From Myxococcales bacterium (GTDB lineage: Bacteria > Myxococcota_A > Polyangia > Polyangiales > DASUME01), in assembly GCA_047601445.1 (NCBI GenBank), contig JASGJH010000001.1, forward strand, positions 2,112,001 through 2,176,000: 64,000 nucleotides of DNA. Reading direction: 5' to 3'. The translations under genes were made by a program, and so were the position numbers. Positions 19,194-28,915 of this stretch are shown here, one piece after another (within the stretch, counting starts at the first letter, position 1; the number at the start of each line of letters is the position of its first letter). A model generated the notes under the pieces. It made no database searches and was not told where the DNA came from. It was given only the letters and a program-made list of their open reading frames with translations.

Positions 19194-20051
19194 TCAACCC
19201 GACGCTCGTGCCGACGTGGAGGTGACGCAAACCCTCCGCAAAGCGTCGAGGCATTCATCGTGAGCTCGACTCGCGACCTGCACCAGCGCCGGATCCAGGT
19301 CGAAATCATGCGTTGGGCGTGACTTCACAATCGTGCGCGCTTTGATGTGCTCCGACGGATCGCCCGCGTTGCGGCGGCCGGTCGTGTCGAAGACGTCGTA
19401 CTGCGGACGAAGAGGCTCTTGCAGGCCGAGCCAGCGTCCGAGATCGGCGAGAACGGCATCGGAGTCGTCGACGAGCTCGGATGAGTGCAGGAAGAAGGAA
19501 GTGCGCCCGCTGCTGTGCAGCGTGTCCGCGAGGCCTCGCAAAGTCCGCAGCCGCTCCACGTAGTAATCGCTCACCTTGGAGGCGTCGCGATACCAGTGCC
19601 CAAAGTCGAAGCCCACGCCCAGGTTGACGATGCTGCGCAAGGTGCTGGGCGCATCACGAAGCAAGAAGACGACCTTCAGATCCGGACGACACAGGATCCG
19701 TTCGTCGATGTGGAGGTGGCTCCAGAGCACCTTGTCCAAAACGTACTGCCCCGTCAGCTGTCCGCCGTTGTCGACGATGACGCGGCAACGCAGTTTGACG
19801 AGGTCGAGCGGCGTGGAGTACCGACAGTGCATCTCCGCGTGGCCCGTGACTCCGGGATGGCTCCCCAGGATGTGGGCCAACAAGCTGGAGTGACTGCGCA
19901 TGTGACTCAGCACGAGCAGATATTGCTTGGGACCGAAGATGTCGGTTGGCGACCGCATGGCGCCCCTGATCAGGATCGACGCCTTTCGCAAACGGCCGAG
20001 TTGACGTGCAAGCTCGTCCGAGAACGAGACGTCAGACGGCATCTTGTCCAC
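19194..20051 (-). CDS. Sulfotransferase family protein
   Basis: 5'-PSB-like loop LSHMRSHSSLLAHILGSHP, DK motif, 3'-PB-like VVFLLRDAPSTLRS, helix ending WLGL. Confidence 0.75.
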   Translation of the reverse strand: MDKMPSDVSFSDELARQLGRLRKASILIRGAMRSPTDIFGPKQYLLVLSHMRSHSSLLAHILGSHPGVTGHAEMHCRYSTPLDLVKLRCRVIVDNGGQLTGQYVLDKVLWSHLHIDERILCRPDLKVVFLLRDAPSTLRSIVNLGVGFDFGHWYRDASKVSDYYVERLRTLRGLADTLHSSGRTSFFLHSSELVDDSDAVLADLGRWLGLQEPLRPQYDVFDTTGRRNAGDPSEHIKARTIVKSRPTHDFDLDPALVQVASRAHDECLDALRRVCVTSTSARASG

Positions 20052-20946
20052 TCGCTCCCATGCGAGCCTTGCGGTACGCGTTGACCGTCGCTCGACCGAA
20101 ACCGATCCAAGCGATGGGCTGCCGCCATGGCTTTTCCACGTTCTGCCGGCGCAGGGGCCCGTGTCGAAGCGCGTCCCAGAAGAGCCTACCGCGCTCAGCC
20201 ACCGGCAAGTGGTTCGCTACGAACATCCAGTACAGCTTGGAAAAGCTCTTTTCGCTTTCGTCCGTGGGCTGCGTTTCGTCGGCGATGCGGCAACCGCCGG
20301 TCGAATGGACCAGGTGGATGACCGAGGCGCCCGATTCATAGCGAATGCGATATCCAGCAGTGCGGACGCGATGCGCGAGGATTTGGTCTTCGGTGTACGC
20401 ATGCACGGACGAGAGGTTTTCGTCGCTGCCTCCCATCGCAAAGTACACGTCTCGACGAACGGAGAAGTTGGCACCGTAGAGACCCGTGAACTCCTCGATT
20501 GGCTTGCAGTGCGAGAACGACCCGGGAGAATCGACAGGCCCTTCCCCCACGTTCAACACCTGACCGGCGACCGCGCCCACGCGCGGATCGGCGTAGGCAT
20601 CGACGTGCCCGCGAATCAAGTCGGCACCGGGAATGATGTCGTCGTCGAAGTAAAGCAGCAGGGAACCGTTGGCCAGCTTGGCCCCGACGTTGCGTGCATT
20701 CGTGAGGCCGCTGCGGTCTAGGTTCTCGTACCGAATCTTCCCCTCGCTCGCCCATTGTTCGAGCGCTGCCTGAATCGCGGGCGGATGCTCTGCCAGCTGA
20801 TCAATGACGAGCAACTCGGCGCCCGTGGCTGCAACCTGCGGCAATAGGTGCCCGACAGTTTGAACGAGGACGTCGTCCCTTCGGTACGTGCAGATGATCA
20901 CGCTGGCGAGCGGGACGGAGGGTGAACTCTCTAACATGGCCCCCAT
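20032..20946 (-). CDS. Glycosyltransferase family 2
   Basis: SVIICTYRR, ARNVGA, YFDDD, GANFSVRR, TED. Confidence 0.9.
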   Translation of the reverse strand: MGAMLESSPSVPLASVIICTYRRDDVLVQTVGHLLPQVAATGAELLVIDQLAEHPPAIQAALEQWASEGKIRYENLDRSGLTNARNVGAKLANGSLLLYFDDDIIPGADLIRGHVDAYADPRVGAVAGQVLNVGEGPVDSPGSFSHCKPIEEFTGLYGANFSVRRDVYFAMGGSDENLSSVHAYTEDQILAHRVRTAGYRIRYESGASVIHLVHSTGGCRIADETQPTDESEKSFSKLYWMFVANHLPVAERGRLFWDALRHGPLRRQNVEKPWRQPIAWIGFGRATVNAYRKARMGASGQDAV

Positions 20947-21034
20947 GATAGCTGCAGAAGGTGGCGCGAGCCAAGCCTGTGGGCATCAGACGAGATGCCG
21001 GAAGGCCCCTGTCTTATCGACGAATTTCAGCAAT

Positions 21035-22207
21035 TTACGTCGAGACATCGCCAGTCAGGGCGCGGTACGCACTGACGATGGAGTCGCCGTACTGCTGCCA
21101 CCCCCCCAACTCTTGCACCCGCGATAGTCCGTTGCGGCCAAGGTCACGGCACGCCCCTCGATCTCGATAGAGACGCTCGATCAGCGCCGCGAGCCGATCG
21201 CTATCGCGAATCGGAAACTCGAACCCATCGACCCCTGGGCGAACGATGTCAGCCCCTCCGGTGTTCGCCGAGTGCAGGACGGCCAAACCACAGGCCATCG
21301 CCTGTGCCATGACGAGTCCGAACCCATCTTCGATGGAGGGCAAGCAGAGCACGTCGCACTGACTCATGTACTGAACCAGCGTGGCGCGATCGGCGTGTCC
21401 CTTCAGGGAGACGCCGCGGATGGCCTCGGGGTTCAGCTTTTCGCGCAGAGAGGGTTCTTCGCTGCCTACGAACCAGAGCTCGGCGTCGGGTAAGTCGAGC
21501 TTCCTCCAGGCGTCCAGCAGGTACTTGACGCCCTTCCGAACGGAGAAGCCTCCGACGAAGATCACCTTGAAGCTCGAGCTCGTGCGCTCCGTTGCGGAGA
21601 ACTGTGACAAGTCGGCAGAGAGCGGTGCCCGGATCAACTTGCTCGCAGCAAATCCCCGCTCGAGGAAGGTTCTCTCCACGAACTTGCTTGGAATGAGGAT
21701 TGCGTCCGCCTCCGCATACTCCTCTCGCTCTCGACGCCTGGCGCGGCTGCTGGACTCGAACGGCATTCCAAGGCGCTCGTACTCATCCGCGAGCAATGCC
21801 GTTTGTTCGTCGCAGTGCGCGCTGTGGCGCTCGACGACCGTTTTGGCACCAAGGCCGCGGGCCCGACGGAGCGTGCTCAAGAAGGCGCCGGCGTAACCCA
21901 CGCAGAGGTCGATATCGGACGGCAAGGCGAAGCTCGCCAAGTGGTCGAACAAGGTGTTGAGCGCGAACTCCACATCGCTCTGCCTGGCGAGCGCCGCGGG
22001 CGTTCGCGTCAGTAACACTCGAAATGCCGCGTGGAGGTGCAACGACGAGAAGCGCTCGCGTGGCAACGTCGAGTGCCGCCGAATGCGAAACCACGGGAGC
22101 GGCGTAATCACGGTGCGCAGATGCCCGCAGCGCTCGAGCTCCATGGCGGTCTCGAACGCGTGAAAGCGGCCTGGCACGGCGAGGGCGACGCGCATCCCGG
22201 TCGTCAT
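21035..22207 (-). CDS. Glycosyltransferase family 4
   Basis: FVGGFSVRKG, LPSIEDGFGLVMAQAMACG; ATG 22207 overlaps the wzx stop (ATGA), track's 22915 start rejected. Confidence 0.9.
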   Translation of the reverse strand: MTTGMRVALAVPGRFHAFETAMELERCGHLRTVITPLPWFRIRRHSTLPRERFSSLHLHAAFRVLLTRTPAALARQSDVEFALNTLFDHLASFALPSDIDLCVGYAGAFLSTLRRARGLGAKTVVERHSAHCDEQTALLADEYERLGMPFESSSRARRREREEYAEADAILIPSKFVERTFLERGFAASKLIRAPLSADLSQFSATERTSSSFKVIFVGGFSVRKGVKYLLDAWRKLDLPDAELWFVGSEEPSLREKLNPEAIRGVSLKGHADRATLVQYMSQCDVLCLPSIEDGFGLVMAQAMACGLAVLHSANTGGADIVRPGVDGFEFPIRDSDRLAALIERLYRDRGACRDLGRNGLSRVQELGGWQQYGDSIVSAYRALTGDVST

Positions 22208-23703
22208 CTCTGGACCTGCCAGAACCTCAATTTGGCCCGCAAGTCCGGCGTCAAACCGCTCCAATAGTAAACGGCACAAAATAGCGCAGCCGACGCCAGC
22301 GTCCGCAAGACGATCGCAAGGTCGTCCGTGCGCGCGCTCAGCTTGAGACTCAGGAAATAGACCATCAGAAACGCCAACGCAGGCACCAACGAAGCCTTCA
22401 CGATGGCCGACACACATTCGAGCAGGGGCGTGCTCGTTTGCTTGGCATAGGCCCAGAAGATGTACGCTACCGACGTGAAAAGGTGGCCAAGAAGGGTGCC
22501 GAGCGGGACCCCCACCAAGCCGAGCTTCGACCCCAGCAGGACCGAGAGCGCCAGCTTGCACGTCACGTCCAGCACCGCACACAGTGCGAGCCCTCTTGGC
22601 TCCCCAGCCTGCACGACGAAGGCCTCGAAGATCGCAACCCAGCTCTGGACGGCGCCGACCGCACAGTAGCTCACGAGCACGGACGCTTCGGGCACCAATG
22701 CGTCCGTGCGCAACCAAGCATGGAACAGGGGCATGAAAGCCCCCCCGAGGCACAGCATCCCGATCGTGCCGATGCCCGCCACCAAGCGTGTCGACTTCAG
22801 CGCGAGCACCCGCGCCTGGTCGCTGTTTCCTTGAGCCCACTGCCGGGCGATGATTGGCGCGATCGCTGCGCCAGTCATCGTCGCGATGTTGAGCACGGCG
22901 GACACGGCCCGCCATGCAACGCTAGCGCGCCCTGACGCCCGCACGTCGAGCAGCATGCCGGCCAACGTGGGATCACTGCCCCAGAGCGCCGTCCCCGTGA
23001 CCTGGATCAACAGGTACCAGAGTCCACTCGCGCGAAACTCGCGGCGCTCGCCTTCCTGGTGCTGGAGCACCGCCAAGCCCACCGGGATGCGCTCGTGAAC
23101 ACGCAGGTACAGGAAGCAGCACAGGTGGCCGAACATATTGGCCGCGCTGAGGATGATCACGGCGAGCCAGAGCGACGGTGGCAGCCACACGAACGCTGCG
23201 GCCGACAGCAGCCGCAGCAACGACACCACGGTGCTGATCGCGCGCTCGGGCCCGACGCCGCCGAGCCCCCTGAGCGCCGCGCGGAACACGGTGAAGGGCA
23301 GCTCGACCAGGAACGTGCCCACCAGGGCCGTGGCAGTCCACATGGCCTCGCGCGCGGCGACGCCATCGAGCTTGAACATGGACGCCCACGGCACGAGCCA
23401 GGTCGCAGGGACGAGGACCACGAGCGCGGGGATACACGAGCGGAGATAGAGCGAGAAGCCGAGCTCGATGATGCGAGCCACCTCGTCGCGTCCCATATGG
23501 GCCCGCGTCGAGATGCGGCTGGAGACCGTCTGGGCCATGCCGAAGTTCAGCACCCAGAGGTACTGGACCACGCCGAGCAACGCTCCCCAGTAGCCGTAGC
23601 GCTCCGCCCCGAATGCCTTGATGAACAGCGGCACCGTCGCGAGGCCCATCAACGTCTGTAAGGCCAGGGCCGCGTAGGTGCCGAGGAGAGCGCTCCGGAT
23701 CAC
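22204..23703 (-). CDS. wzx: Wzx-type oligosaccharide flippase (MOP superfamily)
   Basis: About 12-14 hydrophobic segments, N-terminal PLFIKAFGAERYGYW...LNFGM pattern; GAGGAGG SD before GTG 23703. Confidence 0.85.
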   Translation of the reverse strand: MIRSALLGTYAALALQTLMGLATVPLFIKAFGAERYGYWGALLGVVQYLWVLNFGMAQTVSSRISTRAHMGRDEVARIIELGFSLYLRSCIPALVVLVPATWLVPWASMFKLDGVAAREAMWTATALVGTFLVELPFTVFRAALRGLGGVGPERAISTVVSLLRLLSAAAFVWLPPSLWLAVIILSAANMFGHLCCFLYLRVHERIPVGLAVLQHQEGERREFRASGLWYLLIQVTGTALWGSDPTLAGMLLDVRASGRASVAWRAVSAVLNIATMTGAAIAPIIARQWAQGNSDQARVLALKSTRLVAGIGTIGMLCLGGAFMPLFHAWLRTDALVPEASVLVSYCAVGAVQSWVAIFEAFVVQAGEPRGLALCAVLDVTCKLALSVLLGSKLGLVGVPLGTLLGHLFTSVAYIFWAYAKQTSTPLLECVSAIVKASLVPALAFLMVYFLSLKLSARTDDLAIVLRTLASAALFCAVYYWSGLTPDLRAKLRFWQVQR

Positions 23704-23887
23704 GCGCAGCCTCCTCGACCAGGCCGTATCCACTCTCGCCTGGGCATCGGGAATGCGTGACCCTTGGGCCCCGGTGACTGGTCGATAGGCACGTCTTCCC
23801 GCTGACTTACGACACCCTCTGCGCAAGCGCAAGGTTGCGGAACCGAGGCAGCCTCGATGGAAGCCACAGCTCCGCCGCCCCCTACAA

Positions 23888-24481
23888 TCAGCCGCGAATT
23901 CGCCTCTCAGCCACCTTGATGCAGGGGTTCCCTGCGTACACGGAGTACGGCTCCAAGTCCTGGGTTACGACACTGCCTGCGGCCACCACCGCATGCGTGC
24001 CCACGGTGACCCCGGGAGCGATGAAGGCGCTCGCGCCGATCCAGGCCCCATCGCCGACCACGATCGGCTTGGTGATGAGACCGAAGGCCGGATCGGACCA
24101 GTCGTGGTTGCCCGTGCACAAGAAAGCACGCTGGGAGATGACCACATTCGCCCCCAAGGTGATGGGTGCCAGGTTCATCAGCCACGCGTCCTCACCCAGC
24201 CAAGCGTGATGACCCACCCGCAACTTCCAGGGAAACGTGACCCTCAGCCCGCGGCGGATCACGACCTCCGCGCCAACCGCTGCTCCGAAGCTGCGCAGGA
24301 GCCGCGCGCGTAGGCCGCTGAGGGGCAGCGGGCCGCGTTCGAAACACGCCGATCGCGCCGCTATCCACGCAAGTTCTCGGGCGCTCGAGGCCCCTCGTTC
24401 GAAGTCCGCGTTGTCGAACCGGCTTAGGTCAACGCGGCCGGCCTCCCCCCCCACGGGGTGGCTCTTGGTTGGATGCGGCAT
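23888..24481 (-). CDS. wcaF: WcaF-like hexapeptide-repeat acetyltransferase
   Basis: VDLSRFDN, LLRSFGA, FPWKLRVG, ISQRAFLCTGNHD, VYAGNPC. Confidence 0.85.
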   Translation of the reverse strand: MPHPTKSHPVGGEAGRVDLSRFDNADFERGASSARELAWIAARSACFERGPLPLSGLRARLLRSFGAAVGAEVVIRRGLRVTFPWKLRVGHHAWLGEDAWLMNLAPITLGANVVISQRAFLCTGNHDWSDPAFGLITKPIVVGDGAWIGASAFIAPGVTVGTHAVVAAGSVVTQDLEPYSVYAGNPCIKVAERRIRG

Positions 24482-24590
24482 GACTCGCGCGAGATTATAG
24501 GGTCGGCCGTGTGGCGAGGCGACCGGTACACGCGTAGCCTCGCAGTGCGCGCCGACACGGTGGGGAGGCGCAGGATTGGAGCACAGGGAG

Positions 24591-25574
24591 ATGGAGCGAA
24601 TCCTCGTGACCGGCTGCTCAGGGTTCGTCAGCCGGCACTTTCTCGAGTATCTGGCGGCGGAGGGCGTCGATTGCAAAGTATTGGGTGTCTCGAGAGGGAT
24701 ACCGGAGTTTCCGCACGAAAGACTCGGTTCACTACGCTTCCGATTTCGTCAGCTCGACCTGCTCGATCGCCCCGGTGTCGCCGAGGTCATTGCAAGCTTT
24801 CGGCCCACGGCCATCGTGCATCTCGCCTCCTACAGCAGCGTGGGCTTTAGCTGGGTCAAGCCCGTCGAGAGCTTCACCAACAACACCAACGTGTTGCTCA
24901 ACCTGGTCGAGGAAGTGCGCCGCCTCGAGCAGCCCTGCCGCATCCTTTCCGTTGGCTCCTCCGAGGAGTACGGCAACGTGGACCCGGCTTGGCTGCCGTT
25001 GCGGGAAGAAGGTCCGCTCAACCCGGTCAGCCCCTATGCCGTGGCGCGCGTCGCCCAAGAGATGCTGTCGAAGGTCTATGTGTCGGGCTACGGGCTCGAC
25101 ATCGTGATGACGCGGTCGTTCAACCATATCGGTCCCTATCAGCGCGATTCCTTCGTCATCCCCTCGTTCGCCAAGCAACTCTGTGCGATCCGCTATGGCA
25201 ATGCGGCACCACGCCTCGTCACGGGCGACCGCGCTGTCGTGCGCGACTTCGTCGACGTGCGCGATGTGGTGCGTGGCTACCACATGCTGCTGCAGCGCGG
25301 ACGGGCCGGGGAGATCTACAATCTGTGCACGGGCCACGGCACGAGCATCGATGAGGTGATCACCACCATGCAAGGCTTGCTGGGGACCGACGCCGAGCTC
25401 GTGACGGATCCCGCGCTGGTCCGGCCGAGCGACAATCGGGTCATCGTCGGCTCGCTCGAGAAGATGCGCCGCGAGCTCGGCTGGGAGCCCAAGTTCTCAC
25501 TGCATGAGAGCCTGGGCGCCATCCTGGATTGGTGGGGAGGGCGCACCAAGGCCAGTGATGTCATTCCGCGTTAG
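24591..25574 (+). CDS. NAD(P)-dependent nucleotide-sugar reductase/epimerase, Rmd (GDP-4-keto-6-deoxymannose reductase)-like SDR
   Basis: VTGCSGFV, HLASYSSV, GSSEEYG, SPYAVAR, RSFNHIGPYQ, RDFVDVRD. Confidence 0.75.
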   Translation: MERILVTGCSGFVSRHFLEYLAAEGVDCKVLGVSRGIPEFPHERLGSLRFRFRQLDLLDRPGVAEVIASFRPTAIVHLASYSSVGFSWVKPVESFTNNTNVLLNLVEEVRRLEQPCRILSVGSSEEYGNVDPAWLPLREEGPLNPVSPYAVARVAQEMLSKVYVSGYGLDIVMTRSFNHIGPYQRDSFVIPSFAKQLCAIRYGNAAPRLVTGDRAVVRDFVDVRDVVRGYHMLLQRGRAGEIYNLCTGHGTSIDEVITTMQGLLGTDAELVTDPALVRPSDNRVIVGSLEKMRRELGWEPKFSLHESLGAILDWWGGRTKASDVIPR

Positions 25575-25592
25575 CGTGGTAGAGAGAGACCG

Positions 25593-26597
25593 ATGCGCGT
25601 TTCGTTACTTTCCCGCAAGCCACGAGCACACGGCAATTTCAGCGTCGAGATGATCGTCGACAGCTTGCTCCAGAACATATCACCTGAATTCCAGGCCCAA
25701 GTGCAGGTCTCGCGGTTCGAGAGCAGCGGAGTTCTGCCGCGCCTATACAACGTATTCGAAGCCGCGCTGCGCCAGGGGGACGTCAACCACGTCACGGGCG
25801 ACGTCAACTTCCTGAGTTGTCTGCTCCGTAAGGATCACACGGTATTGACGATCCTCGATTGCGGTCGGATCGACGGCAGGAGCGATTTCCGGAGCCGCAT
25901 CATCAAGCTGGTGTGGTTCCAGATTCCGGTGCAGCGCTGCGCGGTGGTCACCGTCATTTCCGACGCCGTCAAACAGAACTTGCTGAGCCACGTCCGTGTG
26001 AATCCCGACAAGGTGCGGGTGGTCCCCGTCGCGGTGCCGAGCCAATTTCAGGCCTGTCCGCGCGAGTTCAACGCACAAAAACCGGTGCTCCTACAGATCG
26101 GAACGGCCCCCAACAAGAATATCCCGCGCCTGGCACAGGCACTCGCGGGCATTTCCTGTCGCCTCGACATCGTCGGCAAGCTCTCGCCCGAGCAACAGGA
26201 TGCGCTGCGCGAGCACCAGATCGACTTCCGCAACTACACCAACCTCTCGAACGCGGAAATGCAGGAGCGGTACGAGCAATGCGACGTCGTCGCGTTCGCG
26301 TCCACATTCGAGGGATTCGGCATGCCCATCGTGGAAGGCAATCGCGTGGGGCGCCCGGTGGTAACCGGCAACGTGACCTCCATGCCCGAGGTCGCCGGTG
26401 ACGCGGCTTGCGTCGTCGACCCCTTCGACGTCGCCTCGATCCGCGCCGGGATCCGACGCGTAATCGAGGACAGCTCCTATCGGGCGCAGCTCGTGGAGCG
26501 CGGATACGAAAACGCCAAGCGCTTCGAGGCGTCCACGATCGCACGGATGTACGAGGACATCTACCGCGAGGTCTCGCGGAACACGCGAGCACGGTAG
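25593..26597 (+). CDS. Glycosyltransferase family 4
   Basis: IGTAPNKN, STFEGFGMPIVEG, SMPEVAG. Confidence 0.9.
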   Translation: MRVSLLSRKPRAHGNFSVEMIVDSLLQNISPEFQAQVQVSRFESSGVLPRLYNVFEAALRQGDVNHVTGDVNFLSCLLRKDHTVLTILDCGRIDGRSDFRSRIIKLVWFQIPVQRCAVVTVISDAVKQNLLSHVRVNPDKVRVVPVAVPSQFQACPREFNAQKPVLLQIGTAPNKNIPRLAQALAGISCRLDIVGKLSPEQQDALREHQIDFRNYTNLSNAEMQERYEQCDVVAFASTFEGFGMPIVEGNRVGRPVVTGNVTSMPEVAGDAACVVDPFDVASIRAGIRRVIEDSSYRAQLVERGYENAKRFEASTIARMYEDIYREVSRNTRAR

Positions 26598-26632
26598 CCC
26601 GCACCGCCGCGACTCCTGCCTACGGGGGCCTT

Positions 26633-27817
26633 TCAGCCGCGACGCGCACTCGCGGCGAAACGCACGGCATCCAACAATCCATCGGCCGCCGCGACCTCGG
26701 ACTGCGTGTCTCCCTGCACCCGCGCGGCCTGACGCATGTGCGCGTAGCGGGTGTCGTCCGCGAGCACGCGTTCGATACTCGCTGCCAGCGACGCAACATC
26801 GCCGGTCGGATAAACGAGACCGGAAACGCCATCCGCCACGACGCTGCCAGGCCCGTAGCAGCCACAGGAATCGCTGACGATCGCCGGTACCCCCAACGAC
26901 TGGGCTTCGGCGACGACCATCCCGTAGGGTTCGATGCTCGAGCTGAGCACCAGCACGTCAGCCATGGAGAGGGTCTGCGGAATCTCCGACTGATTCACGA
27001 AGCCGAGCATGCGCACACGCTGGCCCCCCTCGCGCTCCAGCTCCTTGCGCAAGGGACCATCCCCCACGAACACACCCACGAGATCCTCGCGGGCGAGACG
27101 CGCCAGAGCCTGCACGATGTCCCCTGGACGCTTCCACTCGACCAGCTTGCCGCAGAACATGACGATGCGCTGATGATCGCGCAGCCCGAGCTGGCGCCGC
27201 CACTCCCTGCGCCCTACGTCGTCGAGCCGCGCTGCACTGTCGCGAAAGCGCTTCACGTCGACCGAGTACGGACAGATGAAGACCGACTCCGGTTTGGCCC
27301 CGTAGAGCTCGAAGTAGCGCCGGCTCTGACCCCCGGCCGCGAGGAAGGCTGTGACGTTGCGAAAGAACACCGACAACGCCGCGCGCTTGAGCGCGAGCTT
27401 GACGGGGCTCTTGTTCAGATTGGTGCGCGGATTGGTGTCACCAAAGCAAAGCACTGGAATATCCAGCTGCCTGCAGGCCATCGCGATGAACCAATTGTTC
27501 AGGTGCGCGTAGCCGCCAATGAACACCGCGTCCCAGCCCTCGCGCAACACGCTCAGGAGATCTGAGTTCAAAGCCCGAGGGCCGTACGCGAGGGGATCGG
27601 TGGTCGGCCACTGCCTCGGAAGGAAGCGATGTTTGTGTCCCTCGAGCAAGTCGATGTTCCACGCGAAGCGGACCCCGAAGTCACGATCGACGGCAGCCTC
27701 GAGCCCATGGCGTCCAAAATAGAACACCTCGAGCGCAACTCCGGGGCGAGTGCTCAGCTCTCGCCAGAGAGGCGTAAAATACTGGATTGGATGAGAGATG
27801 AACGCGGCGATGCGCAT
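26633..27817 (-). CDS. Glycosyltransferase family 4
   Basis: SHPIQY, FCGKLVEWK, GFVNQ, EPYGMVVAEA. Confidence 0.9.
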   Translation of the reverse strand: MRIAAFISHPIQYFTPLWRELSTRPGVALEVFYFGRHGLEAAVDRDFGVRFAWNIDLLEGHKHRFLPRQWPTTDPLAYGPRALNSDLLSVLREGWDAVFIGGYAHLNNWFIAMACRQLDIPVLCFGDTNPRTNLNKSPVKLALKRAALSVFFRNVTAFLAAGGQSRRYFELYGAKPESVFICPYSVDVKRFRDSAARLDDVGRREWRRQLGLRDHQRIVMFCGKLVEWKRPGDIVQALARLAREDLVGVFVGDGPLRKELEREGGQRVRMLGFVNQSEIPQTLSMADVLVLSSSIEPYGMVVAEAQSLGVPAIVSDSCGCYGPGSVVADGVSGLVYPTGDVASLAASIERVLADDTRYAHMRQAARVQGDTQSEVAAADGLLDAVRFAASARRG

Positions 27818-27844
27818 ACGGCAATCTAGGGATGAACTCAGTTG

Positions 27845-28912
27845 TCAGGAAGGCAAGCGGACGAACGCCGGCCGCTCGCCGCCCGTGTGCATCCACTGGT
27901 ACAGCTCCAGATACTTGGACGCAGCCGCGGCCCAAGAGTAGCGCTCGATGACCATGGCGCGCCCTCGCCTGCCCATGGCAGCGCGCTCCTCATCGCTCGC
28001 GTCGAAGGCGCTCGTGAGGGCGGCCGCGAGCGGCTCCACGCCCAGCTCCACCCACCAGCCGGAGCGGGTCTGCTCGAGCTCACTCCAGGGCGTCCCTTTC
28101 GTCGTGATCACTGGCACCTCGCGGGCCAAGGCTTCGGGAACCACGTAGCCGAAGTTCTCGCTGTACGTCGGCAGCACGAACAGGTCGGCCTCGGCAAAGA
28201 GGCGCTCCTTGGCGGGACCATAGATGGGTCCGACGAAGTCGAAGACATGCGAGAGCCCTGCGGATTGCACGGCGCGTTCTACTTCGGCGCGGTGATCCAG
28301 TTCGTCCGGTCCGGCGATCACGACACGCCAACCCGCGGGTCGCAGCAAAGCCCAGGCCGCGACGAGGTTAAGCAGCCCCTTCTTGGGGTGCACGCGAGAG
28401 AGGAATAGCGCGGTGCGCACACGCTCGCGGGCGCGTACTGGACGCTCGCAGGTTTGCGGCGCCTCCATGCCGTGAGGGATCACGGCCACGGGAACGCCAA
28501 GCCCGAGCGCCATCACATTCTGCGCTTCGGCCTCCGAGGCGGTGTGAATCACGCGAGCTCGCTGCAGATCTCTTCGCTGATACAGGTGCCAGACGATGCG
28601 CTTCTTCGTCTGCATGTGAGAAAGGGCCCACGGCTCCAGCATCCCGTCCGGCGAAATCACCAGCGGAGCCCCCTTGCCCACCGCCCTCGAGACCATGTGA
28701 TTGAACGGCAGCCAGATACCGAACGAGTGCACCACGTCGGCGCGCAGCAACTCACGCCAAGACCGCAGCCCCTCGAGGAAACTCGGGGGGCTGGCAGACA
28801 GCAGCGTCGGACGGGTAGCCCGCTCGGCTAGATAGTGACTGACGGCTTGAACCGTATAGGCAGGCCCGCCGCACTCAGCTCCGCTGTTGTGCAGCGCAAA
28901 AACTACTTTCAT
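27845..28912 (-). CDS. Glycosyltransferase family 4
   Basis: FLSRVHPKKG, LPTYSENFGYVVPEAL. Confidence 0.9.
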   Translation of the reverse strand: MKVVFALHNSGAECGGPAYTVQAVSHYLAERATRPTLLSASPPSFLEGLRSWRELLRADVVHSFGIWLPFNHMVSRAVGKGAPLVISPDGMLEPWALSHMQTKKRIVWHLYQRRDLQRARVIHTASEAEAQNVMALGLGVPVAVIPHGMEAPQTCERPVRARERVRTALFLSRVHPKKGLLNLVAAWALLRPAGWRVVIAGPDELDHRAEVERAVQSAGLSHVFDFVGPIYGPAKERLFAEADLFVLPTYSENFGYVVPEALAREVPVITTKGTPWSELEQTRSGWWVELGVEPLAAALTSAFDASDEERAAMGRRGRAMVIERYSWAAAASKYLELYQWMHTGGERPAFVRLPS

Positions 28913-28915
28913 GCC

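Noticed and set aside
21035..22915. Long N-terminal extensions in the ORF track (also 2112, 5165, 42837, 57039, 23832 starts)
   Set aside because: They overlap neighbouring real genes or lack an SD; downstream starts with stop/start overlap or clear SD fit better
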